64,000 nucleotides of DNA from Naegleria gruberi. Taxonomy: Eukaryota. The DNA lies in NCBI GenBank assembly GCA_000004985.1, contig GG738885.1; one strand, given 5' to 3'. Positions within the stretch are counted from its first letter, which is position 1; every line of letters begins with the position of its first letter. Below are positions 10,407-20,487 of this stretch, piece after piece. A program made the position numbers and the translations under genes. Under the pieces are notes generated by a model. It was not told the DNA's origin. It ran no database searches and was given only the letters and a program-made list of their open reading frames with translations.

Positions 10407-13400
10407 TTATTCTTTCAGTTTCAAAGTAGAGCCAAGATTTTCTTTCAATTCAATTTTTTTGTTCATACTTTCATAACTGTCAGATAGGACAAAACGTGAG
10501 AAGGTATCGTCAATATTCATAATTATGGCACAATACAAATCTGAGAGAACTTCCTTAATTTCCTTATCGTTTTGTTGATTGTTTCTTACAGATTCGAATA
10601 TTTTATGGAAGGATTTCTTGGTATTGTGTGAAATGTTAAGTTCCATTGGAGAATTATTTTCAATAAATGTAGCTTTCCACTCTTCAAAATGTTTACACAA
10701 TTCTGTGGTTGCAGGTGTGTTGCCATTATTGATAGATTCGAATACTGGTGCAAGTTTAGTCCAGAATATTACATTTTCCAACGAATGCTCAGTTTTGGCA
10801 AATTGTTTGAAAATTTCACATAATGTTGGATTTTTAAGAATTTCATTCAGTTGATTATCTTCCTCAAGTATAGACTCCTCTTTCATTTTAGTATGCTTTC
10901 CACTAATTTTAGATTTAACTAATTCATAAATTGAGACTAGAGAAACTAATCCACCAAAACTCATAATTAACATGATATTATACAATAATTCGAAAGCAAT
11001 TTGAGCAGCAGATAAGCCCTGGTTTGAAGCTACAAGAAGTGAAAATCCAAGCCCATAAGTAATAATAAAGAATATAATGCTCGTAAAGAAGAAAATAAAT
11101 TCTTTTCTGAAAGCAAGATTGTCATTCACTATCAAGTAATTTTTGATTGGATTAATCACTAATTTCTTATCTTTTAAGGTCAGTTTGGTACTCAATTGAA
11201 CATATCTTAATTCCATATAAATATCAAAAAAGTGAATTACACAAACTAATAAAGACATGACCAAAACAAATGAAAATAATGAACCAGCCATGATTGATGC
11301 ATATTGACTTGAAGAGATTACTGCTGTTTGTTGTAAGGAAATGAAAATTACATAAAAAGCAATAAAAACACATGCAACAATCAAGTTAGCAATAATGGAG
11401 AAGGTTTTGCTTGAAAATAAAAGCTTAATCCACTTGAATTTCTTCTCATTGAGCACGTCAACTTCCTTCTCATCGAAAATAGCCATAATTTCATATAGAT
11501 ATCTAAATACAATGTATCGTGAGCTTAATATCAAATAGTTTAGAATAGATAAACAATAGAAAGTGGAAGCAATCATTGTAGAAACTTGTCTCACAATCAT
11601 TGAGTTTGGATTTTTTGCTAAACTTAGAGAATTTGCAATAATGTAAGTGAAAACAAGTTCAATTAATAGTGAAATTAACGCAAAGTATGGAATTATTCCT
11701 CTACTCTTGGTTGGTGTTTTCTTACATGTGACAATAACACCCACCAATGCAATTAATGTTAAAAATATTAGGAAACAACCAATAACAATGGATGCAATAA
11801 CACCACCTTCATTAGCTAATGTCACTTTGACGTCAATAAATGATGAAAATGAAGTTGTGTGATTACAATAGCAATTGACAACACTACTATTTTTAGAAAT
11901 TTCAGAAATGCATCCATCGGTAAGCCATTTCTTACTAGTTTCATCAAAAAACTTGCAAGAGACAACAAGTGAGGAATTATTTTGTACGCTTGACAAAATT
12001 TTAGAATCCACATTCAAGGAAAGTATAATAGGATTTGCCAAATTTGAAACTTGTAAGAATTGGCCATTTAAAATATATTTCAATTCAACAACTTTTGCAA
12101 TATTAACTGAAGAACCTTTGGAAACTTTGGAAATAATACTAGCATCAGTCAAATTACTTGTTAGTTCAGTAGCATTCGAATAGAGAGAAGCCAACTTTTC
12201 CATATTGAAATAAGTAATTGAACCAACTGAAACTCCTTCTCTTACCAGATCTGAAGGTGTAGAAATGGTTGTATTTCCGTCATTGAGATATGATGAAGAA
12301 TTGAGGTTTCTAACAACTGAAACAATAAATGAAGGTGTTTCAGTTTTAAAAATACTATCTTTCTCATCACTGGATTTGGAAGAAACGAGAATCAAGGTTT
12401 CAATTACAGAACTTGAAGAGTAATTTGAAGATACAATGACATTGGAATAGGCATTCAAAACTTGACTAATGGTTGTGTCTATAGCATTAGATGATTTCAA
12501 AGTAGATACTTCTAACTGGTTCAATTCAGATGAAATTGTCGAAATCAAATTCGAAACAGTGGAAACAATAGAAGTTGTAACTGATGATTGAGATGAAATG
12601 ACATTCAAAGCAGTAGAAACCTTCAATGTCTGATCAAGATCAGAGGTATTTCTCTGAACTGTTGACAATGCTTGTGTAACCATAGTCAAAACTGAAACAG
12701 CACTAGATGCTTTCGAATAAGTATCAGAATTTGAAGCAATACTAGCAATATCCTTTGTAGAAATCGAACCTAAGAATGACTCTGTCACTACATTTTCGTA
12801 TTTCATCACTTGAATTGTTTCAGCAGTTTTAAATGAATAAGAAATTCCTCCAAATGAAATTCTTAGTACTGCAGTAAAGTTTCCTTCAGAATTCAATGAA
12901 TATGAAACAATCATTGGATTGGCAGTCGATACAATAGTAGGGTTACCAATATTGGTATAAACACCATTGTTCGAAAACAGAACAGTATAAGTTGCACTTG
13001 TCAAATATGATTTGAGATTTGAATGATACTTGACTGCAATTAGCACAGTGGAATCAACAAAAGTGATAGTATTATCAAATTTGATTGAAATATCTGGTGA
13101 GCAATCAGTAGAATTACCAGAAAGTATCCATCCATCATCACAATAAGGAGTTAGTTTTCGAATAGCTAAATTGCCGTTGTCTGAAATATATATTGAGTTA
13201 TCATTTCTATCAACTGCTAGTGAATTAAGTCGGAACGAAAACAATGATGTCTTTCCATCTTTGTATCCTGATACACCAAACGTTCCTGCAATATTTGTTA
13301 TGAAACCAGATGATTTCTTTAACATTCGAATAGAACTTCTTGAATGTGATAAAATCAAATCACCATTTGATAAATAGAAAAAATCAGCAAGAGAAGTCAA

Positions 13401-15125
13401 TGGAGACTGAATAGCAATAACACTATTAGAAGAAGTATCCCAAATAGCACATGTTCCATTACCAACCAAAGTTATCAAGGTTCCATCATTTAAAATCTTA
13501 TTAATGGTACAATTAGAAGGAAAGTAAAATACAATACATCCATCGGTAGGATCAACTGCCAATCTTTCTGCCTTAAATGTTGTAGAATTGAAATACATGG
13601 AAATTGTTTGTGAACTAAGGTCAACCAATCTAATAGTTCCCAAATCAGCAACGTAAATCTTATTTTCATAAATGGCAATATCAGCAATGCTTCCAAATCC
13701 AGCATTGGAAAGAGGACCACCATCTCCATACCCTGAAGCACTGGTTGAGGTTGTTCCTACAACCACCACATAATTTCCAGTTATTTTGTCAATTTTCATA
13801 ATTAAACTTGGAACTGCATAATAAACTTCTCCATTCCATTCATCTATTGCACCAAATAGAACACCCAATGAAGAATTAGCAGCTGGTAAACCAATTGACA
13901 AGGCTGCAAAATCATCACTTCTTCCATCTCCTCCAATAATTGAAGAGTAACCACTTTCAAATTTGTGTAGGAAATATCTCTCAAAATCCAATCCATATAA
14001 TACTCCTGGTTTGGTTCTACTAGCAGCTATCAATGAAGTACCAACATACATAGTTGTAGATTTGACACTTGTTTGATTGTCACTTGAATATCCAATAAAT
14101 ATTTTGGATTTGCAATTACCTGCGATAGTTGTTTTGGTACCGTTAGTCAAATCAAACTTGTATATGTACTTTTGTTCTTCAGCAACTATTAATTTTCCAT
14201 TCAAATCAAAAAATGCAGAACTAGCTTTGATGACTGGAAGTAGAGTTTGGCTTGTGGAACCACCAGATAAATCATATTTGAAGATACTAGTCAATGCATT
14301 CACATATAGATTATTGTCTTGTTTGAACATTTTGTCAAAGAAAAATGGTGATGAGATGATTGGAGATAGAATAGTTCTGTTTCTCCAATTCATTAAACTG
14401 ACCTTTCCATTTTGTCCTTCAGAAATATAGAGTAAATCACCATTAACAAGCACATCTTGAGCTTGATATCCACTTCCTCCGTAAATAGTTTCAATGAATC
14501 CACTTGATATGTTAAATTGTCTTACACGGTTATTACCATAATCAGCAATGAATAGAATAGTTTCGTCTGGAGAAAGTTCCACTCCTAAAGGATTGTTTAA
14601 TCTAATGCTGTTCAAATCAGATGTACCATCACCAGAAAAATTTGCTGTTCCACATACTCCCACAAGTGTTGAAATGTTTCCATTCTTGATATCCAACTTT
14701 CGAATACATCCATTACCTTGTGCTATATACATGATTGTTTCGTCTTGTGTGAGCACCATCGAGAATGGAGATATTACACTGACAGAAAGTGCAGAACCGT
14801 CCCCAGGGATAGTTTTTCTATAATTACCAGCTACAAGACTAATAATTCCGTTGTTATCTATCTTTCTAATAGCAGCCATGGATGCATCAGCAATATACAT
14901 GGATCCATCTTTTGTTGGTATGATATCCTTGATGTAACTTAGGCATGACATGCTACTCTCGAATCCATCTCCAAATCTCTGTTGAAAAAGTTGTGAGTTT
15001 CCTCCTGCGAAAGTCGAAACTGAATACTTGACGTTCGGTGGTGTTTGTGTGTGAACGGTGGTCACCAACATACAAAGACATGCCAATAATAGAAGGATAT
15101 GACACGCCACTTGAAACACTTTCAT
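10407..15125 (-). CDS. Adhesion-GPCR-like receptor: signal peptide – NHL-repeat beta-propeller – Ser/Thr-rich stalk – GAIN/GPS motif – 7TM – C-terminal RGS domain
   Basis: ATG at 15123..15125 with a signal peptide MKVFQVACHILLLLACLCMLVTTVHTQ. NHL-type repeats (FSGDGTSDLNSIRLNNPLGVELSPDETILFIADYGNNRVRQF). GPS motif CKFFDETSKKWLTDGC-x12-CYCNHTTSFSSF (C..W..GC..CxCxH-T-T-F). Seven hydrophobic segments follow. C-terminal RGS signatures (FKQFAKTEHSLENVIFWTKLAPVFES...IIMNIDDTFSRFVLSDSYE). One uninterrupted 1572-codon ORF. Confidence 0.75.
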   Translation of the reverse strand: MKVFQVACHILLLLACLCMLVTTVHTQTPPNVKYSVSTFAGGNSQLFQQRFGDGFESSMSCLSYIKDIIPTKDGSMYIADASMAAIRKIDNNGIISLVAGNYRKTIPGDGSALSVSVISPFSMVLTQDETIMYIAQGNGCIRKLDIKNGNISTLVGVCGTANFSGDGTSDLNSIRLNNPLGVELSPDETILFIADYGNNRVRQFNISSGFIETIYGGSGYQAQDVLVNGDLLYISEGQNGKVSLMNWRNRTILSPIISSPFFFDKMFKQDNNLYVNALTSIFKYDLSGGSTSQTLLPVIKASSAFFDLNGKLIVAEEQKYIYKFDLTNGTKTTIAGNCKSKIFIGYSSDNQTSVKSTTMYVGTSLIAASRTKPGVLYGLDFERYFLHKFESGYSSIIGGDGRSDDFAALSIGLPAANSSLGVLFGAIDEWNGEVYYAVPSLIMKIDKITGNYVVVVGTTSTSASGYGDGGPLSNAGFGSIADIAIYENKIYVADLGTIRLVDLSSQTISMYFNSTTFKAERLAVDPTDGCIVFYFPSNCTINKILNDGTLITLVGNGTCAIWDTSSNSVIAIQSPLTSLADFFYLSNGDLILSHSRSSIRMLKKSSGFITNIAGTFGVSGYKDGKTSLFSFRLNSLAVDRNDNSIYISDNGNLAIRKLTPYCDDGWILSGNSTDCSPDISIKFDNTITFVDSTVLIAVKYHSNLKSYLTSATYTVLFSNNGVYTNIGNPTIVSTANPMIVSYSLNSEGNFTAVLRISFGGISYSFKTAETIQVMKYENVVTESFLGSISTKDIASIASNSDTYSKASSAVSVLTMVTQALSTVQRNTSDLDQTLKVSTALNVISSQSSVTTSIVSTVSNLISTISSELNQLEVSTLKSSNAIDTTISQVLNAYSNVIVSSNYSSSSVIETLILVSSKSSDEKDSIFKTETPSFIVSVVRNLNSSSYLNDGNTTISTPSDLVREGVSVGSITYFNMEKLASLYSNATELTSNLTDASIISKVSKGSSVNIAKVVELKYILNGQFLQVSNLANPIILSLNVDSKILSSVQNNSSLVVSCKFFDETSKKWLTDGCISEISKNSSVVNCYCNHTTSFSSFIDVKVTLANEGGVIASIVIGCFLIFLTLIALVGVIVTCKKTPTKSRGIIPYFALISLLIELVFTYIIANSLSLAKNPNSMIVRQVSTMIASTFYCLSILNYLILSSRYIVFRYLYEIMAIFDEKEVDVLNEKKFKWIKLLFSSKTFSIIANLIVACVFIAFYVIFISLQQTAVISSSQYASIMAGSLFSFVLVMSLLVCVIHFFDIYMELRYVQLSTKLTLKDKKLVINPIKNYLIVNDNLAFRKEFIFFFTSIIFFIITYGLGFSLLVASNQGLSAAQIAFELLYNIMLIMSFGGLVSLVSIYELVKSKISGKHTKMKEESILEEDNQLNEILKNPTLCEIFKQFAKTEHSLENVIFWTKLAPVFESINNGNTPATTELCKHFEEWKATFIENNSPMELNISHNTKKSFHKIFESVRNNQQNDKEIKEVLSDLYCAIIMNIDDTFSRFVLSDSYESMNKKIELKENLGSTLKLKE

Positions 15126-15366
15126 TTTTTTCGTGAATCATGTTGTGTGTGGCGAAATCCTCGCGCAAACTTGTTTAGTGATTTGCAACCACCAATTGCA
15201 TTGACACAAATCCACTCACAACTGGTGGTTGTAAAGAGTAATCAAATCATTGCAGAGTTCAGCAGAGTTCAAAGACTTGATAAGTAAATCCAAATCAAAA
15301 TTGCAGGAAAATTATAATTAATTATTAATAAAACGCTGTGGTTCAATCAATTTAGTTTCTTTTAGG

Positions 15367-16866
15367 TTAAAGCAATGAACAATTTGATTTTTGTGGGTTG
15401 GCTGGTTGATTTGGTTGAACTGGCTGTGTTGGTTGACCATTGTTGGTGGTGGCAGAGGAAAGATTTTTGGTTGATATTTTAATACTTCCCACAGTATTTC
15501 CATTGAATAGGTTTGGCAATTGAAGGGTGTATTCCATGAGTTTGATTGTCACTATTTTCACTCTCTTATCACTGATATCATTCAGTGTGATCGATTGTTC
15601 CTTTTTCTCTTGAATTGTTGTAACAGTTTCCAAACAAACAACTGTAAATTTCAGACTCTCCTTTTCAATACTGACTGATGTGTATTTGTTTGCTTTCAAA
15701 TCTTTTCGTTCGAGAGAGGAAAGGGAATGAATGGTTTCTACATGTTCTGGAGTGAAGTCTTGATTGAGATAGGTGGCTATCAGTTTCTCAACAAGACCAA
15801 TCTTTTTATGTGTGGATAGTTGATTATAGAGAATGTCAAAACTCATTTCTAAACCATACTTTAACAATTCAAATGGAGTATTGAGATAATTCTGGGTGAC
15901 GAATACAGGAATTACACTCAACCTAGTTTCAGAGCTTAACATTTCATAGTAAAATACATCAACCAGAGCAAGATATTGTGCCTGATCTAAATCTTCAGGA
16001 ACTCTATAATTTTCAAAATAATATTTTGGCATTCTGTGTTGTAAAATTGTGCAAAGCATTAAATCACAAACTGTTGATGTGAGTCCAAAATGTGTAATCA
16101 TAGGTTCTATACCAAATACTTGATCTGACACATCACTTGATGATCTGCAGTCCAATCCAGGATAGTGAGATACACAGCCATTATACAAATAAAACGTTTG
16201 TCCACTTGCCAATATGAAATTATTAGGTATAGAAGGTTTTCTTTTAAAAACAATTCTCAATGTAAATCTTTCATAGAAATTGATAAGACATTGCTTATTC
16301 TTACTCGAATAGGGTTTAAATTCAGTATCAATAATTTTGTTAATGCCATTATTCACCGATTTTCCACAATCCTCCATCGCTTTCACACGTCCTCTAAGTT
16401 TTCCTCTCAAACTCTTTACAAAACTCGATTTGAAAATCTCCCTCTCCACAATCAATGTATTTCCATCATCCAGAATCAATTTGAAATGCAAATCATCGAC
16501 CAAATATTGTCCCCACTCACACACATTATCTTTCAGTGAATTTGAAAAATTATTCATAACATAGGTCGTATAGGAGGGATGAAAAATCTGTAGCCTATAC
16601 TTGGTCTCCTCACATTCTCTCTGTGAGGAAGGCTTTAAAAAGGGTGAAAGTTTTGTAACCTCGTTGTTTTTTGTTGTGCCTTCTTCCTCTTGCAAAATCT
16701 TTTCATCACCATCATGATGAATAATATTATTATTATCGATATTATTAATTAAATTATTATTGGAGTTCGGATCATGTTGATTATTGTTTAAATGTTGCAT
16801 GTGAATGGTTTCTAACTTTTCAATGACTTTTAATAATTTGGGATGAACACAATAGAGAGAAAGCAA
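15367..16866 (-). CDS. Hypothetical protein (N/Q-rich N-terminus); true start uncertain
   Basis: Long minus-strand ORF. The listed start is TTG. The first in-frame ATG is internal (near ...ETIHMQHL). No recognisable domain. Confidence 0.3.
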   Translation of the reverse strand: MLSLYCVHPKLLKVIEKLETIHMQHLNNNQHDPNSNNNLINNIDNNNIIHHDGDEKILQEEEGTTKNNEVTKLSPFLKPSSQRECEETKYRLQIFHPSYTTYVMNNFSNSLKDNVCEWGQYLVDDLHFKLILDDGNTLIVEREIFKSSFVKSLRGKLRGRVKAMEDCGKSVNNGINKIIDTEFKPYSSKNKQCLINFYERFTLRIVFKRKPSIPNNFILASGQTFYLYNGCVSHYPGLDCRSSSDVSDQVFGIEPMITHFGLTSTVCDLMLCTILQHRMPKYYFENYRVPEDLDQAQYLALVDVFYYEMLSSETRLSVIPVFVTQNYLNTPFELLKYGLEMSFDILYNQLSTHKKIGLVEKLIATYLNQDFTPEHVETIHSLSSLERKDLKANKYTSVSIEKESLKFTVVCLETVTTIQEKKEQSITLNDISDKRVKIVTIKLMEYTLQLPNLFNGNTVGSIKISTKNLSSATTNNGQPTQPVQPNQPANPQKSNCSLL

Positions 16867-16894
16867 TTCGTCCGATAAGCAGAAACGAAAAATC

Positions 16895-16990
16895 GTTGCT
16901 AGTGAATCTTGATCTCTCTGTTAGATCAAGATTCACTAGATTGCTTGATCTAACAGAGAGACTAGCAATCTAGTGAATCTTGATCTAACA
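16895..16990. repeat. Composite interlocked palindrome: 17-bp unit ctagtgaatcttgatct in direct-inverted-direct arrangement plus nested 10- and 15-bp inverted repeats
   Basis: A1 at 16899..16915 and its perfect reverse complement at 16923..16939 (7-nt spacer). A third direct copy at 16970..16986. The spacer contains ctagattgct...agcaatctag (10-bp inverted repeat) and tgatctaacagagag, which is the reverse complement of ctctctgttagatca in the first hairpin. Confidence 0.7.
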
Positions 16991-17034
16991 ACTCGAGCAT
17001 TTTTATTGTAATTGTAAATTGTTGGATTTCATGC

Positions 17035-18847
17035 TCAATCAATTATTCCTAAAAGTCTCTTTGAAACATATTGTAGCATTTCCTTATCTTTTTGCATTTG
17101 AATTGAAGCATGTGGGAAGGCATGAATATTCTGTTTGATTGCATGCCACACTAGTTCTCTATCTGATTTGTATTGTTGCTCCATAAATTCCAAACACAGT
17201 CCATTAATATTCAATATTTGAATCAGAAATTCTCTACTAAAATTCACAGAAGCACAAGGTCTGAAGAATGTATAGTCATGTGAAACAGCTTCTAGCACCA
17301 ACTCAACATGTTGAACAAAGAAGGGAAAGCAATCAAGTTGGACGAATATTTGAGGATTCTTCTTGAGTGCCTTCATTAGGAAATCTCTGTCTGAGAGAAG
17401 ATTTCTGTGAATAAAGAAAAACTTGTCGTGTGAATTGATTGCTTCGAGTCCAATCTCTGGATCTTTTTGTAGTGGCTCCTCTGCAAATCCTAGTGTTGTG
17501 CTTTGATTTCTGATGGCTGCTAGGACTATTTCTCGATCTTGTCTCTGAGATTTTGGAGCATATTTGAGTGATTCTCCAAGAGTATTCACAGCTCGTAGAG
17601 TGAAATTTCTATCCGAATCCATATGTTTCCTCAATTGAATGCAAAATGTTGGATAAATTCCAATAGGTGCCTCTGAAAGTTTGATTCTCTGTAAAATGTC
17701 ACACACTGTTTCCTTATCAAAATGACAATCACAAAAGGTAAGAGCTGATAGATTATTTTTCACAGCTTTCAAGATAATCTCCCTATTGGTTCTTAGAGAT
17801 TGGCTCACATATTGAATAGATTGCCCATAGTGTGAAACTGCTGCCAAGGCCACATCCTTATCTGCTTTCATCGAAAAGTGCAGATACGACAGAGCCAGAG
17901 GACTTGTCTTGACAGCTATTAAAGCCATTTCCTTATCAGCTTGAAATTGTGGAGCAAATTGTATTGCTGCACCATCGTCAATAACAGCAGTCATTACAAC
18001 TAGCCTGTCGTTCCTCAAATCCTCACTAGCATACCTCAAATCCATTCCATTCTTCCTCACTGCATCTAATACAATTTGTTTATCATCCACAAAAAACAAT
18101 GCCTTTTTCCAAATAATATTATTCCAATAAAGTATTACATTCAATTTAATAATCAAAAAATTAAATCAAAATTCGTTACATTATTAATTTCAAAACAGAA
18201 CTCACCTTTTTCAAAACTCGTGCCTTATATTTAACAGCATATTCTACAAATTCTCTATCATTAAACCATACATTATTGAAAAAGTCAATAGTGACCAAAT
18301 ATTTCGATTTCAAGGCAGTAAACACAATCTCTCTATCCAATCCAAAACAATGATCCAAAAAGATTGCATTTCCATCACTCTTCACAGCTTCCAATACTAA
18401 TTCTCTATCCTTCTTCAATGTATCACTTGCAAAACTCAAGTGATGTCCACTCATCTTTACAGCTTGCATCATAAAATCCCTATCCGAGCAATAAAAAGGA
18501 ATAATTCCCTTCTTTTCATAATATTCATCCAATTCATTCAATCCCAATCTATTCTTCAATGCAATCAGCAACAAATCCCTCCTATTGTATATATATTTAA
18601 TCAGTGGCCTAAAAGCAACATCTCCCTTCGTTTCCTCCACAATTCTCTGAATAACATTCACATCCCTCAACAACATGTATCGATCATCACCACCACCTGT
18701 TACACCTTCATCATTATCATTATCACCATCATCATTATCATCAATAAATTGCAAAGCCTTTGTATTCACTCGACATGCATGCACAATCGCTTCCCGATCA
18801 TTGGCGAATAACAAGACGAGAGAAGGGAACTCATCAATGTGCGCCAA
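17035..18847 (-). CDS. DUF4116-repeat protein; two ORFs joined by a short intron
   Basis: Repeats of about 40 aa of the type IVLDAVRKNGMDLRYASEDLRNDRLVVMTAV / EMALIAVKTSPLALSYLHFSMKADKDVALAAVSHYG occur in both ORFs. A GTGAGT donor sits after ...EYAVKYKARVLKK and an AG acceptor before ALFFVDDKQIVLDAV (intron about 18129..18200). The N-terminus may extend upstream, possibly with an exon near 19078. Confidence 0.5.
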
Positions 18848-20487
18848 AAGTTTGCGTTGTGTGGTGAGTTGACGGTAGAGAAGAGTTAGAGTTTCGGAAT
18901 GGAAATTAATATCGAGATGAACATGTACATGTGTGATGATGAGGAAGGTGATGAGAAGTTGAAGAATTATTATTCAAATTATTTATAAAGTTAAAATTGT
19001 TGGTTAAATCATCCATGGATAGATCAAAGTCATCATTATCACTGTTGACTTGTAGGAACGTTTCTGCATTATGCATTTTTTTTAAATATTGAATGTTTAA
19101 TATTATTAATCTTTACAAAAAAAGATACAAGTACAGTAATTGATACTAATAACATAATATGCATTGTATAAAACCAATTAGGCAAGTGAAAATATAAAAG
19201 GATCTAATTGTGCAGAATATTTTCCCAACTTGAAATTCAGCTCGAATTCACCAGATCCAGAAAATATATACAATGGAGAATGTAAACATATTGTTGTTAT
19301 AGAAAGACTTGTCTGAATGTCAGTAATCAACTCTACACTAAATATTGTACAGTTTAGTGATCATAATTAAAGTAAACAAAATGTCTATAATTGAGCTTAA
19401 TTACAATGATCTTTTTCTAAATTCTAAGGCGTTGCTAACTATGAAATTCATTTTACTTGAACACTGACATGTCTATTTGAAGGATAAACTTATTGGGATA
19501 AGTAAACCAAGTGAAACATGAGAGTTGTTCATTTGGAAAAGTTTGCAGTTAACGAAAACCTTTCAACAAGACTAACAGCACGTTACAAGTTTATTCAACT
19601 TTCGAATAGTTCTTCATCAACACATTTTTACTGTTGTACACCATATTGTTAATTGAATCTAAATTGCTATTGAACAGTCTACCTCAAACATCTGAATCTC
19701 ACTCATTTTCATTCGAATCGCAACTAATGGAAACTTAAAGCACAACCAAACTCAATTTACCAGAAACTTCATCCCAACAATTTCAGCTCTTTGCGTACAA
19801 CACTAAAAAGAGTTTTCTCGCCAAATCTGGACTGACTACACTAAAACGAACAGATTCCTCTTAATTTGTATTTTAATTTTCCAGATGCGAACAACAATAG
19901 CGCTGTTAAGAATTTTCTTTTGAAGAAATTCTTCTTGCTTTACTCAGAATATTAGAGTTGTTTATGTGTACATTCTTGCAGTTGCGATGTAGTGTTCCCT
20001 TTAAAATCATTCATTTAAAAAAACACACAATTGATTTTTTGACTTTCGTTTAGTTTCGTCATCTTTGTAATACAATTTTTCATCGGGAAGAAAGTTGTTC
20101 TATTAAAATATCACACAACAGTAGGTGATCAATTCGATTCAATAGTAACGTACTTTGAAATTCAATATCTCTCTTTCACAATATAGAAATTAGTGTCACA
20201 GCTTTCGAATAGATTGGAAGAAACCCCTAGAGAGAACTAGCCTTTATTGATGAATCTCTAATCATCATCATTTCTAACACACTAACGACTTGCCCAATTA
20301 ATAGAATTCATTTAATCGTTAAATAGTTTACACTCTCTTTATTCGAAACGATAATAATTAAAAAGAAATACTGAATTTCTCTTTACATAACAACATTAAT
20401 TGAAAATAACAACAACAGTAACAGCAGTATTTCTGTAAGTAATTTTGCATGCCAAGTTTCCAATAATCTTTCGAATAGAATTTTACA

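Noticed and set aside
18925-19078. Possible extra 5' exon (MHNAETFLQVNSDNDDFDLSMDD...) for the DUF4116 gene
   Set aside because: No acceptable donor/acceptor pair could be found by eye that joins it in frame to the LAHIDEFPSL exon. Left as an unresolved N-terminus.
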